A stretch of 64,000 nucleotides of DNA from Octopus vulgaris. Its lineage: Eukaryota. A program made the position numbers and the translations under genes. Shown here piece by piece: positions 11,410 to 25,049 of the stretch (the first letter of the stretch is position 1; each line of letters opens with the position of its first letter). The stretch is from the NCBI GenBank assembly GCA_951406725.2, contig OX597816.1:16988001-17052000 (forward strand), written 5' to 3'. Under the pieces are notes generated by a model that worked only from the letters and a program-made list of their open reading frames with translations, ran no database searches and had not been told where the DNA came from.

Positions 11410-12379
11410 TACCAACAATCATCACATGCAATCACTAAGTTTCATTTAAATTTATGCTATAGTTATGTTTTTTTCAGATTTTTATAGTGGACTCACTGTA
11501 TTTCATGAAAATTGCTGGATTTTAACCAGATTAGGAAGTTTATATAGCACTACAGTGGTTTAATAGTTTTAAAAAAATCAAAAATTACTTAGTGCTAAGA
11601 ACTGATATTCAAACTTAGGTGAATGAAATTAAACTGGAAATCAATATGTTTTGTAATGCAAAGATGGGTTCGTGATTTAATACCATGTTAAATATCAGGC
11701 ACAAGGTCAAATAACTTGAGTAATAACTAGAATAAGGAAAATAACTTTAAACTAATCCTTTGTTTCACTGCATGCAAAATTTTCAAATAGTTGTTGGTTA
11801 GATTCATGAAAGCCATACTGATTAGAATAATAAGCAGAATAAGAGAGGGATATGCAAATGAAAAATATATAGGACTAGCTGCTGTGAACTATTCACAATC
11901 ATATGACTCTTGGTTCAATCCCACTACAAGGACACCCCGAGCCAGTGTCTCCTACCATAGTGTCAGATTGACCAATACTTCTTTAGTGGAATTTAGTAAT
12001 CAGGCAGTGTACAAAAGTCAGTGGTGTGTGTGTTGTGTATCTTTCTCCAATATATCACAGACTGATATCAACATTAGCATGAAAAACAAAATGTTGAGGT
12101 TTTACACCCCTGAGTTCCTTGAGGTGTTTGTTCTGCACCAAATTGCAAACACTCCCTTGTCATTCCCACTCATCGAAATGCAGTGAACTAATTACTGAGG
12201 CATCTGACACATGTAAACATTGACTTTACTGTTCACCTGTTACAACATAACACAAATTAATAAATAAGTAGTATTTTATGTGCTCAACAGATGAAGTAAA
12301 AAAGAAATTATATTATATATATACTTGCAACTATCTCTTTGTGTCTATCAGAAATGCTATGACTTAGTACAATATGAGT

Positions 12380-13650
12380 GGATCAGAATGCTAGACAAGG
12401 TATAAGGTGTGATAAGAATGATGAGTAGGCTTGGAGTGTTTGTCAACAGGAAATAAGCAAACAAGTTACTCTTTCATGAAGATTTCAGCCTCAAGACATT
12501 TATTCACTGGTTGGTGCTTGTAAAAGGAAACGGGAATAGTGTGAGACTTCTAGAAAGAGAAGTGGCAAAAAGACTGATAGATTGCCTATGATCTGAATGT
12601 GACTAGAAAAGCTACTATCAGGTGGAAGTAGCTATAATGACATTACAGTGCAAACTAAAACATGTTATAGAGGCAGAAATTTATGCATAGATTGTCTATG
12701 TTAGAGGGAAAATGGTAAAAGCAATAGGTCTGGAAGTACTCTCAGAAATAACTCTTATCGGATGATCTAGATAAAAATTCTATAAATGTGTTTGCTGTGA
12801 GCAGGTGAAAGACACAGTAAAAATAGTCAGAATGATTTTAGAGGAAATCAAAATCTAAATGAAATCTGATCAAACAGGAACTATTGTACAAACTATTGAG
12901 TGTCAGTCATAAACTGTAGAGTCGTTGCAGTGGTTCGGAATGTAATGAATGTGGCTAAATTCAGCAAAGCAGATTTAGAGATACTAAATAGAATAATGAA
13001 ACTTGACTGAAAAATCTCTTACTCAGCAGACAAGCAAGTAATGAAAATTATTATTCAGAAGTAGCAAACAATTTACTATAGTATGTTGCATGGAAATGAA
13101 ATGGTGTGAATGGATAAGTAGCACATGAAAGGAAGATTTGTTCTGATAAAAGTGGTTTATGTGATGCCCAGCAGCAAGGAAGAAGTGAAATGTAGTGATG
13201 GAGAAATCGAAATCAAACTAGAATGGCTATGACATGAAAGAAAACGTGATGGTGTTTCAGGTAGAAAGAATTAGTGCAAAAGAATTCAAACTAAAGCTTA
13301 TATAAAATGAAAGGAAAATTCTGTAGACTGAAGTCCTTAGCAGTTTTTTTAAAAGAGTCATATATAGTTTAGCTGAATTTAGATTTAAAGAAAATTTGCT
13401 CCATCATTAACAGACAAGCACGTTGGTAGAAACAAGTTTATGGAAGAAATGAAAGAGGTGGATGTCAAAGAAAGAAAGAAATAGTTAATCTATCTTCTGG
13501 ATGTAAGATAATTGATGGGGTTGATTACAGTGAAAGACAAAACAATGCATCAATGGTCCTAGCTGTAGTGTGAGAAAAGTAAGAATTAGTTGAAAAATTT
13601 TGAAAATGGTATAAACCCAGTTAAGATAAAGGAGCATAACTGAAGAATAA
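12380..13650 (-). mobile_element. Very degraded CR1/Jockey-group LINE remnant (tentative)
   Basis: Purine-rich + strand; minus-strand reading weakly resembles the RT C-terminus of the family seen at 60290-61620; no continuous ORF. Confidence 0.35.
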
Positions 13651-15069
13651 GGAAGGAACAGATACTATATTGAGATTTGGAATACATGTGTAAATTTATT
13701 ACTGCCAGGCAGCTACAGTTAATTCAAAAAATAACCACCAACAGCATATATGCATTATTGATTTGACTTGCCCTTGTAAATATAAAAACTCATCAAAAAA
13801 TAAGTAAAATAACCGCAAGAGAAAAACATTCAGCAAAAAATAAAGAGAAAAATAACAAAGGTAAAAGAAAGTGATAAAGTAATAACTCTTAAATGATTAA
13901 AAGCTGCACTTTGCATTATTCCATTTACCAATGTTTTATTTTGTACAGAAAAAGCTGCAAATCTTTCTATCTCTAGTTTGATTTCCTGTGATTGAAAAAA
14001 AATAAAGCACATTGTTTTATTTATGAAAATTATCGAAATAAGAGAGGTTTGTCTTTTTGTGAATAAGGAAGAGCATTTTCTTATTGCGATAATGGTAGAG
14101 TATTTTGGAGGATTTTTGTCAGGGGAGGGGGTATTTGCAATAATTTTCAGCATTTGAAATATGCTGGCTACTAAGAGAGATATACACTCAGGAATATCTT
14201 CTGCGACCACAATGACACAGCAACCTTCAACAACCAGTCAGTTGAAATATGCCCCTTCAAGTAAAAAATAAAATTTGGCATTGGGTTCAAGATTTTCAGT
14301 CTAGTTTGGATGAAGAAGTCTAACCACTCAGCAGAAAAACATCAATGCAAACACAGAGGGGAGAATTCAGATGAATGAACCATCTGCAGTCCATTTGATT
14401 TACAAATAGCAAAAGCCAGTTACTAATTTGGATCTACAGAGAATTTTAACAACCTCCATAATGATAGAGACTGACAGTCACCCTGATATCAAGTACTTGT
14501 CTGAAGCAGCAGAAATGCACACACTCCTCTTTCAGAAAATGTTCCGTGATGATTTGTATCTGTTATATTCAACAACGCCTTGTGTCAGTATCGCAAGACA
14601 AGTCAAAAAGGGAAAAGACAGAGGCTTTAATTCATTTCTCAAGTTTCAACCTGCTTTCTACTCATTGCAGACCCTTTGTTTAGATGATGTAGTAACAGAA
14701 CTCAAGTCCAGATAGACTTTTAGACAATTTGATGCCCATAAGTCCTGAAAATATTATATAAAAACTTCAGGGTTATGTAATGCCAGCACAGAATATGTTA
14801 GCACAGTCTGCATCGACCTCAGCACCAACATTTTATGTAGCCCTGACATAGATCTTAAAAGCTGGCATGCTATCAAAAGCTTTGATACACTGATGCTGAG
14901 ACTTGTGAAGATAGACATCATCAATATAGATAGATTTTACTCTGACCAGCAGCAAGCATATTCTAGAATATTTGCTTTTGAAATTCTTGCATAATTCAAA
15001 CAGAATTCTCTAAAGTAGAGAGTACACAAATTTTTCACAAAGAGACAGTATAAATCAACAGCATTCAAA

Positions 15070-15520
15070 GAAGTGGTAAGCTGACCAGAGTCAATACCTG
15101 ATCGTATGCTGGAGGGGAATACCACACTAAACTGCTGGAATGAAAATACCAAAGAACTACAAAATTATTGACCTATAAAATGCTTGCCAACAACATATAA
15201 AGCCCTTTATATACACAACAGATTGATTACACATCTGGAGAACAATAATATACTACCAGAGGAACAAAAAATGTGCTAGAAAGGAATGTATGGTTGTAAG
15301 AACAGCTACTGGTAGACTAAGCTATCGTAGAGGACAGTGAAAAGAGGTGAATAAACCTTGGCATGATTTGGATTGACACCAAACAACATTCAATACCATT
15401 CCACATTGATACAAACATGCAAACACTTATATAAGACAACCTCAATACTAATGAAATACATCAGCTATGTCATGGCAAAGTGGAAAATCCCAGTGATACA
15501 ACAAATCAAAGAAGTCTGTA
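15070..15520 (+). mobile_element. R4/Dong-clade RT fragment (pseudogenised)
   Basis: Reads NY*PIKCLPTTYKAL, HLENNNILPEEQK-C-KGMYGCK, QLLVD*AIVEDS, NLGMIWID, FNTIPH: RT subdomains 1-3 typical of the R4 clade. Confidence 0.8.
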
Positions 15521-16269
15521 AAAGTCATTGATAGAACATAGGAATCTAGTTTTCATGAGTAATTGAAGATTATCTAAAGAAATTGAAAAATTTTATAGGG
15601 ATTAATTATTGTTGGTCTGATTTGAAATAAGAAATACAACTTGGACAAAGCATATATAAGTAAAATATGTGTACACCATAAAACATACTGTATGTAAAAA
15701 AAAAAAGACCACTTTTATTCTTGTTTAATTAAATAATCCATGCATATGTAACATGTTTGAAAATATAAGGACACAGATCGTATGGTATAGCCAACTGGAG
15801 ACAATTCTCCTGGGGCTAAATTACAGCAACATTCGTCCTCAGGACTGCCATGTTATGTTGGCAAACAATCTTTACTCCAAAATATTGTTGCTGAATATCT
15901 CTCATTGTGCGATTTAAAACAAATAGCAATTTTCTAATGTGTAACATAGTTACAATATCTTACTTCAGTCAATATATAGGAATTGTGAAAAGTTTTGCCT
16001 ACTGTGTAAATTCAGTTAATTGTATGCTCCAAAAATTTCAATCACCAAGGCTATGCAATTAACTGAAATTGACTATATATTATCATTCCACAGCTGCTTT
16101 CCATGCTGATATGGATTGGACAGTTCAACAGAATTCAAGAGATTATAAGGCCATGTCTCACTTTAACGTCCAATTTTGGTATATGATTTCTCTCATTGGA
16201 TGTTTTTCCCCAACATAAACAATTTTACAGAGTGTACTGGGTGCTTTTTTCTCATTTATAAATATACAG

Positions 16270-16553
16270 AAGCAGTAACAAGTGACCAAGACCTTTGGCA
16301 ATATACCATGCTTTAGAAGACCTGTCAAGCCAAGTGAGATCACAGTGCTGGTGTTTTGTGACTGGCACTAATGCCAGTGGCACGTAAAAAGCACCCACTA
16401 CACCATTGGAGTGATTGGCATTAGGAAGGGCATCCAGCTGTAGAAAACATGCCAAATCAGATTGGAACCTGGTGTGGCTCTACAGCTTACTAGCTTTCAG
16501 TCAAACTGTCCAGCTAATGCTGGCATGCAAAATGGACAAATATCAACAATGAT
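16270..16553 (+). mobile_element. RTE-LINE 3' end (5'-truncated)
   Basis: GCCAGTGGCACGTAAAAAGCACCCACTACAC..GGCATTAGGAAGGGCATCCAGCTGTAGAAAAC motif. Confidence 0.8.
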
Positions 16554-18029
16554 ATATACTGAAGGTGATGTAGGCTCAATGAGCCACAGTGATCTAATTT
16601 GTTGTAGTCTTAATAGAAGAACTCTGTAGTGCTGTTAAGGATAATAAAATATACTCAGTCCAGTCCATAACATATGGCATATCCAATAAAAAAAATAGGC
16701 AATTTATTGTGTGTAATCAGTGACAAAGGATTGCAAAAAGTGTCTGAAAAATACATCTCCAATCTATGTCAGCATGGAAAATGGACATAAAATTATTAGT
16801 ATGGAAAGGATGATATAATCTTAGTTAATACACATAAACATGCAGATGTACACTACAAATATTCCATTAAGAAAAGACTTTGAATATTATAGAATGTTGA
16901 AGGACCCAGGAAATTCATTATAATCAAAAGGAACAAAAAATGTAAGGGAAATATGAAATACTCCAATAAAGAAAAGTTAAAGAGAAAGAGCAGAATCATG
17001 CAGTTGAACCTCACACTCTTATCACATACTTTCACAAGCATTCAGGTTAAGTAATTGTGCCACTTATTAAAGCAATCACTTTCATGTTATCATATAAAAG
17101 CTGACTGATTTTGTTTTTTAATAAATTTTTCAAGGCAGCCAATTTACAAGGGCAATTTCTGATGTTTCCAAAAGGCTCCTCAATTAACTAGCTATGCGTT
17201 TTGTTAAATCCATAGCAAGCATACAAAAAAAAAAAATTATTTTTGTTCTCGATGTGCCTTATGTAGTTAGCACATAGTAAATTTAAGATCACAAGAGGTC
17301 TGCAGCTATGCAATTGTAACTAATTCATTCTCTAGTTAGAATATTCTAAATGACAGACAACAAGGAGATACCTCAATGATGGCCTGAAAAAGGAAGATTG
17401 AATATGATAAAAGTACTAATGTAATCTTGTTTAACATATACACTTCGGAAATATTTATTTATCCTGCTTAGAATTAACAAAAATCTTTAAGTTTTGGCAC
17501 AATAGGCATTTTATGATGTGTGTCTTTTATTGATATGTGTACTGACATTCAGTCTCAACCTCCATTATGCATTAGTTTAACAAATAAAATACCAAGCATT
17601 AACCATCACACTATTTTTATGTTTATGTAAAGAATACTCCATTAATGAAATAATTTGTTGCACCACAGTGTTTTAAACTGATGGATTTGCATCAAGTCTA
17701 TATTGGGAATAAGTAAGTTATGTTTAGTGTAAGATATAAAACATATGATATAATTACACTGTACAGTAGAGTTTGTCTATAGGTTATCATTACAAGTCTG
17801 GGCAATTAAAGTCACCAAGAAATATTATACTTCCAGAATGAATGCTAATCAATAGCTGCTGAGACACATAGCAACTGACTCAGTTTTTCATCCAGACAAC
17901 TAAGAGAACCTAACATTATATAATGCCTATCCCTTAAGCACTGAATCTTACAATAAGAACCCTGAGACAATGAGGGCGCATCAGCTTTGTTCTTTGAACT
18001 ACAAGAAATAACAGCCAAATTTCATCCAG

Positions 18030-18398
18030 ATGGCACATAAGAGAACCATCTGAACGTGGCCATTGCCAGCGCCGCCCTGACTGCCTCTGTGCCAGTGGCA
18101 CGTAAAAAGCACCATCCAACCGTGGCCGTTGCCAGCCTCACCTGGCTTCCGTGCTGGTGGCATGTAAAAAGCACCATCTGATCGTGGCCGTTTGCCAGCC
18201 TCGTCTGGCATGTAAAAAGCACCCACTACACTCATGGAGTGGTTGGTGTTAGGAAGGGCATCCAGCCATAGAAACTTTGCCAGATCAGACTGGGCCTGGT
18301 GCAGCCTTCTGGCTTCCCAGACCCTAGTTGAACTGTCCAACCGATGCCAGCATGGAAAGCAGACGCTAAACGATGATGATGATGATGATGATGATGAT
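18030..18398 (+). mobile_element. RTE-LINE 3'UTR/tail copy inserted in an older SINE-like repeat
   Basis: Four GGCACGTAAAAAGCACC-type units plus tail and (GAT)n; the flanks (GAAATAACAGCCAAAT.. / CACACTCTACTG..) rejoin into a repeat also seen at ~46085-46250. Confidence 0.85.
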
Positions 18399-19095
18399 CA
18401 CACTCTACTGTATCTTATAAAAAGCACATGTTCACAAATGTAGTCCAGTGTACACATTGCCTCAGTTAAAAACAAAGATGAGAGAGAGAATAGCCATGGC
18501 TTGAATATTGTTCATCACAGGTCTACTCAATTAGAGTTCTCTTAGGGTTAAGTAATAACAACAATGTTTCAACCAGAAATCTGTTACAGACAGAATGCTC
18601 TAAAAAGTCTAGATCTCTTCTCCCCTACACACAAAATAAGATGGCCTGTAAATCTGACCTTGATATTTCTAACATAATCATGGAAATGAGGAGCTTATGG
18701 TTTCTGTATGCAATGCCTAAGAGCTACTTGTTCAAGTGACATCATGTACTTTTAGCTTGAACTGAAATCTCATTAAAGTTTCAAGTGGTTTTAATGCAAC
18801 AAATATGAGTAATTGACAACACACCTGTGTTTCATATGTTAGAACTTCATTCCAAAATTATGGTTCTTAGAAACATGATCATTTGTCATCACAATTGATA
18901 TAATATATTATGTCTTTACAAAGTATAAACAACCAGGAAGATATAGTTTTGACAAGGAATTCATAACACATTAGTAATCTTATCTTATCAAATCAGATAT
19001 TCATAATATATATCAAGCAGGTGAGTGTAGCAGAATCTATTCTTTTTCCAGCTTGGTTTTAGAATATGAAACTGAAAGCAAGCAAACAATAGTTA

Positions 19096-19515
19096 CCATA
19101 TATACTCGACTATATAATGCTCTTGCCTATAAGGGGCATCCCCGACTTACAAGGTTCAAATTGGGAATTTCATCATTGACCCGACTATAAGTCGCAGCAA
19201 CTTTGTTGATGTTGGAGAGTAAAATTCAATTCGGAATCCTGCCAAAATAGTTGTTGCTTGGTAACCAAGCTTTCAGTAGGCTGAAGATGACTTACAACAA
19301 CTGTTATTCCAACAAGTCCAAGCATTTTAGAAACTGTTGTTTAAAAATGTAAAATTTGACCCTTTTTGTTTATTCCAAGTATTGGAACTTCAGACATGGT
19401 TTGTACCTGGAAAATATCTGAAGATTATTTTATAGGATGCGCTTATAAACTGCACCCCCAACTTTAGGTGAAAATTTCAGGGAAAAAAGTGCAACTTATA
19501 GCTGAGTATATACAG
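19096..19515. mobile_element. Non-autonomous Tc1/mariner-superfamily (pogo/Tc2-like) MITE
   Basis: TA|CCATATATACTCGACTATA ... TATAGCTGAGTATATACAG|TA imperfect TIRs with TA TSD; internal TATAAG subterminal motifs. Confidence 0.75.
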
Positions 19516-20689
19516 TAATTATGGCAGAAAGGTGTAAATGGTCCTAATCCACAGTCTCTCAGGAGACCAAGGTGAGTAAGAAATATTATTGTTAGTGATG
19601 TTACCATTGATTGCCAGAGATAATTTTACCACCTTCACTTCCTGATTGATCAGCACATGGCTACAAGAAATGTATCTCCTTCACTTTCGTAGCAGTTAAC
19701 AATGCTGTCATGGAAGAATAGCAAAAAGAAAAGCAACTTCTTATCTGCCTCTTATAACAAGAGTATCACTACTGAAACATTAACTCAGCCAGAGACACTC
19801 AAAAACAATTATTTCTGTTTAATGGAAATAATCAATTCACATATATCAAGAAAAAAAAATTGCACCACTTGCTGCTTGTATATATTCACAAATACGTTCC
19901 TCACCCATTTTCTTATTGATCTATATAACTAGCACCATATATGATAGTCTTCCTCTACTAATATATTCCTTGTTTGGTGATCTTTAATATATGTGTGCAT
20001 ATGTGGTTGTGTGTATGTAGGTTATTATTCAGTTTTATTTCTCAATTTCTTGCCAATGGAGAATGAGCCAGTTTTTAACCAAGATCCAAGGCTCTTTTGT
20101 ATATGCATAAATGTATGTATGTATGTATGTATGTATGTATGTATGTATGTATTCTCGTGTTACAGTTTGTCAACAGAAGAGGAAGAGAGTACTCAATACA
20201 TGGATTCTGTTCCACACAACTACATTTTTCAGACAAGAACTGTTTTTATTTGATAATTGATCTGGTTATATATTCATTGAATCAAGTTCATGTTTTCACT
20301 GGCTGGTTTCTAATATTTAATTAAGGTATTGTCTATGGCTGTCATAATTTCATTTGACAATTAGTTAGTTGGTCTATGTTACAATTGGTCCGTGTTACTA
20401 TTATTTATATCTGTATCATATTCTTTAATTCATTATCCCTGAACTTTTTCTCAAATTCTTCATTTGTGTATGGTTTCTCATTGGCCAATTCAGCAATAGT
20501 TCTATTACTCATGTTTTCCTAAGTTGTGTCATGTATTGTTAGGGTTCTTTATTAGTTTATCACTTATTCATTGTTGAATAGTTATCTTGTATCTACAAAT
20601 TAATTCTGTCATTCAAAAACTGTTTACCTAAAGTTGTTCACCTGTATAAACTTAGATAAACTTACTTCTATATTATGAAGGAAATTAAG

Positions 20690-20912
20690 GTGTACTGGAA
20701 GAATCAAATCATTGATATATTCAACAAAATGCTTCATGGCATTTCTTACAACCCTTTTCAGTTCGCATTCAAATTTCACAGAGATCAATAAAAATAGATG
20801 AACAAAATAGAATATATAAATAAGGTGCCAGTCAAGTGTTGGGGTCAATGTAATCAACTTCATCCCTTACCCTAAAATCCCTGGCCTTGTACCAAAATTT
20901 GAAATCCTTATT
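20690..20912 (+). mobile_element. Diverged Nin/Deu-core SINE with its core overwritten by a 39-bp foreign patch
   Basis: TTCAAATTTCACAGAGATCAA...GTGTTGGGGTCAATGTAATCAACT...CTGGCCTTGTACCAAAATTTGAAA matches the family. Confidence 0.7.
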
Positions 20913-21994
20913 GTGGAGACAGAAATGTTGTTTTTGATAGATAGGGCTTCACATTTCATACTTGATGTTTTTAAACTGTCATTCTTTTCTATGTACTAAT
21001 TTTTCTTGCTCAATTATTGTTAACATTTTACTCCCACTTCTATTGCTTCATAAAATACTTACTCTAATCAAATTAATGTTTTTGTTTATTTGTTTTGTTT
21101 TGTAATTTGTTTGGCATCTGCATCATGATATGTGCTGAGTAAATATATTTTTGTACAATTATATAACATTTATATTTTACAGCAGTGCACAGAATTCATA
21201 TTCTGGAATCACTTATGAAACAAGCAACACTGTTTTCCATAAGTAGAAACACTACTTCATGTAAAGCACGATGCTATTGTTGTATAACACCTTAAATCCG
21301 AAACATACTTCAAGAGAGAAATTTCATTGCATTTTTTAATAACATATCCCCAAACAAATGTATGCTTTGTGTATATCTACAGTTTATATATTCCTTTCTG
21401 CAGGAGAAAGCCATAAATGACACCTGCTGAACTTCTTGACAAGCGCTTTGTATTTTGCCATGAAATTTTCATAGAAAAATACAAGTCAATTTTTACAAGA
21501 TATCATCGTGTCAGCTAGACACAGCAAATTCTCCTGGGCTCTCTGCATCTAAAGTGTCATAACACAATACCACAATGTATTTGCTTCTTTAATTTACTGA
21601 CCCCAGACAAAGTTAGCCTTGGCAAGATTTGAATTCAGAACATAAAGTGCCAGAACAAATAGCAGAGGCACTTTGACTGATGTTCAAAAAATTTAGCAAA
21701 TTCACCATCTTTTGTGTGTATGTGTGTGCATGAATGCACACATGAAAAAATGTGCTTACATTCATCATTTCACATAAGTGGTTAACATTAGAAAGGGCAT
21801 CCATTTGTGAAAACCAAGCCAATAATGAAATTTACAAGTGAAACATGGTCTGTTGATCTGTCTAGGAAGACAGATATGGTTTGTTAAACTCATGCCAGCA
21901 TGGAAAGAGACATAAAATGACGACAATTATGCTTTATATATATTCACACACACACACATACACGCACACACACAAACACACAAATTATTTTGAT

Positions 21995-22325
21995 ACTTTG
22001 CTTCAGTCAGTGGACTGTAGCTGTACTAGAATATAGCCACAGTCTAGTGTTTTGTTGATCAAATTGAACTCAGTACTAATTTTTATATCTGATACATATT
22101 CTATTGGTCATTTTTGTCAAATTCCTAGGTTACAGAGATATAAAGAAACCAACACCAGTTGTCAAAACAAACACTCACAAAAATACACAAATGTATACAT
22201 AGATACACACAGAAGCATACATATATGTACATGAACATATATGTATGTATATGACCAGGTTTCTGCATGGTGGGGTGAACAACTGAACGTGCATCTACCA
22301 GTAAACTTTTCAGCCACACTATGTG
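21995..22325 (-). mobile_element. Degraded CORE-type SINE
   Basis: TTCAGTCAGTGGACTGTAGC tail remnant, AACACCAGTTGTCAA body, AAACTTTTCAGCCACAC head remnant. Confidence 0.55.
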
Positions 22326-23651
22326 AGCATATGTTAGTCAAAAGTTATTATTTTAATGTAATTTTAAGAATACCAAAGGAATAGTGACTGACAAGGTGAC
22401 TTAATACTAAAAGCTATTGGTAGTATAAACCATCAAGTGAAACACAGTCCCAGTCAAAGCAGCATTTTATATATACACACTTGATATTTGCATATATGTA
22501 CTTGTATCCATTTTCGTGTGTGTTGTGTGTAATCAGTTAAATCTATTTGAAAGAAGTTTTCTCTTAATTTTAATTATCTATGTTAGTAGATGAAAAACAG
22601 TTAATAACAAATTTAAATACAGCCGTATGTCTTATGTGTTCAGAAGATTTTAATTATTCAACAAAAATGTTTTCTTATCTCAGATGAATTTAAACTGGAA
22701 GCAACCCATTTCCTTTTAACGAAAGATTACTTTTCATGTATAAAATAATGATAAAATCAAAACAAGACTGTTTATAAGTAGACATACTTTTAATTTTAAA
22801 TTCTAAAGGTTTCTTTTATTTGAAATGATGGCTCATGAAGCATTATTGTTGTACAAATTTAGTAATGGATGACATTAAAAAAGGTTGTTATTTGGAGAAG
22901 GTTATTTTAGATTGTGAAGTTAGGTTGACTGATGTGAAGATGCAAGAAAAATTATATTGGTATCATAGCCATAATAAAATTGGTAGTATGAATGAAAATT
23001 TAATTTCAACAGATTAAAAGGCTTATATATCAATAATTTTCTTTTCATTTTGTAAATCTGCCTACTGTTCAATGGTCAAATGTTATCAAGATTATACTTA
23101 GCCTAGTTTTGAAGATGTAAAGATTCATTATCACTATTTTCTAAGAATTTGAATGTTCATTCTATTCAACAATGATAACTATAACAATGCTAACAAGAAC
23201 AATAAATTAACTGTTTTGAATATGATGAGTAAATGTTCTCAAAAAAAGTCAATAATTTAAAGTTGGCTAATACTGCTCTTCTAACTTTTAATATCAAATT
23301 TTATTAGTAATAATCAATTCATACATTTTTCAAACTATAACTTTCCACGATAAATTAAATCTGTATCAAATTATATAAGAGTTGATTACAGAACATATAC
23401 ACAAAATTGTAATAAGGAGAGTAAAAGTAAAAAATGCTTTCTAATAAGTATAATTTTACCTAATGGAAATTAATTAAAGAAATGAAATTAAAATACCACA
23501 TAACATAATAAAAATGAAGCATGAATGAGTCTATTCCAATTTTATAAACAAATAATACATTTACAAAATAAAAGTTCAATGTGAAAATAAGTTTCTTAAA
23601 GGTACCAATATACACACATGTGCTAATAAATATATATATATATATATATAT

Positions 23652-23716
23652 ATAAACTTACTTGGAAATGGATGTCTGGTATTCATTTCCATGCATCCAG
23701 TTCCAAGTAAATTTAT
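23652..23716. repeat. 65-nt inverted repeat (hairpin) next to (TA)n
   Basis: ATAAACTTACTTGGAAATGGATG / CATCCAGTTCCAAGTAAATTTAT, 21 of 23 positions complementary. Confidence 0.85.
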
Positions 23717-24403
23717 CTTAATCTTTTTGATGTGATTTTACTCTATACTGTTTTCTCCCCTATTGTTTTCTCTCTCACCCTTTCTCTAATTCCCTTTTTT
23801 CTTCCCTTCACCATTTTCCATCTCTCTCTCTCTCTCTTTCTCCCCTACTTTCTCCTTTACTCTCTCTCATTGTTCACACATGACCATCGTCCATTTTTCT
23901 TTTCCTCACATGATCATCCTTCTTTTTTTTCTAGGCTGTTCTAAAAACTGGACGTATCCTATCTCTTTCTTCTATCTTTTCTCTTCTCAAAGAAAATATT
24001 TCTCCGGTGTTCGCTATTTTACCCGCATTCAGGTCTAATGACCCTCCATGTATATATATTTTGCCAATATGGTAATAATTAGTCTTGATTTTAAAAGATA
24101 TCTTAGAACTTACAACACATTTAGTGTATCAAATATGTAAACACCAAGCAGTGAAAATGTTGCTACATTCTTTAGGATATTTAAATTTCTTAAATTTGGT
24201 TGCAGTAATCTTTTATAGTGCATATCCCACTAAAATTGACAAAGTATGTAAAATATGCTGCTGTGAAACTGATCAAAATAACCCTGCTTATAAAAATAGT
24301 AAGAACACTTTGCAGTCCAATGTTGTACTGAACATATTCAAAAACTATTTTAAAATGTGATTTGAGAAGTGGTGATGAGTGACAATTCTGTAAATAATAA
24401 TAA

Positions 24404-24750
24404 TAATATTTTATAAACTTAAGGCTTTTGTATTGACTAAAGAAGATAGTGTAATATTGGGGCATATAAGCATGCATAGAAAACCCACTTTTTTTTCATT
24501 GAGGGCTCATATTCCCCAATATTCACTATCTTCTTTAGTCAATACACAGTGAGTGCTTCACGGAAAACCCACAGTTTTGCTGTCAAGGACTTATATGCCC
24601 CTATATTAGACTATTTTCTTTAGTCAATACACAGTGAGTGCTTCACAGAAAACCCAGTTTTTTTTCTGTCAAGGGCTTATATGCCCCTATATTAGACTAT
24701 TTTCTTTAGTCAATAAGATTGCTTATAAGCTTTAAGCTTATAAAATATTA
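24404..24750. mobile_element. Foldback/MITE-like element with three internal ~85-bp tandem units
   Basis: 24-bp terminal IRs (22/24 match); 24430-24471 is the inverse of a ~42-bp segment in each of three tandem units ending TTAGTCAATA at 24544, 24629 and 24715. Confidence 0.7.
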
Positions 24751-25049
24751 CACTATTTTAAAATGTTTTAAGCTGCCATTTTATTAATGTTTATGCACCA
24801 ATGGTTTGAAAAATTAGTACATCATATGTCAACAAGATTTATTGGATGTAGTTTAGTTGTTTGTATATAAAATTTCATAAGTGTACTTATCACAATGTAG
24901 TATAAAATACTGAATGCAATTTTATAAATTAAAAGTATCTAAATTTTGTTATTGAAAATATTTCAAAAGAATCAAGTTGATTACTGAAGATTTAAACTAA
25001 AATATCTACAATAATATACAAGAAAAATTAACCCATACATACAATTATA

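Noticed and set aside
13830-14210. 126-aa minus-strand ORF
   Set aside because: No recognisable family; composition is typical of AT-rich non-coding sequence.
17999-18443. Recurrent similar ORFs (..QLDALPNANHS.., MEWLALGRASS..) at many loci, suggesting a gene family
   Set aside because: They are translations of the non-coding RTE tail in both orientations.
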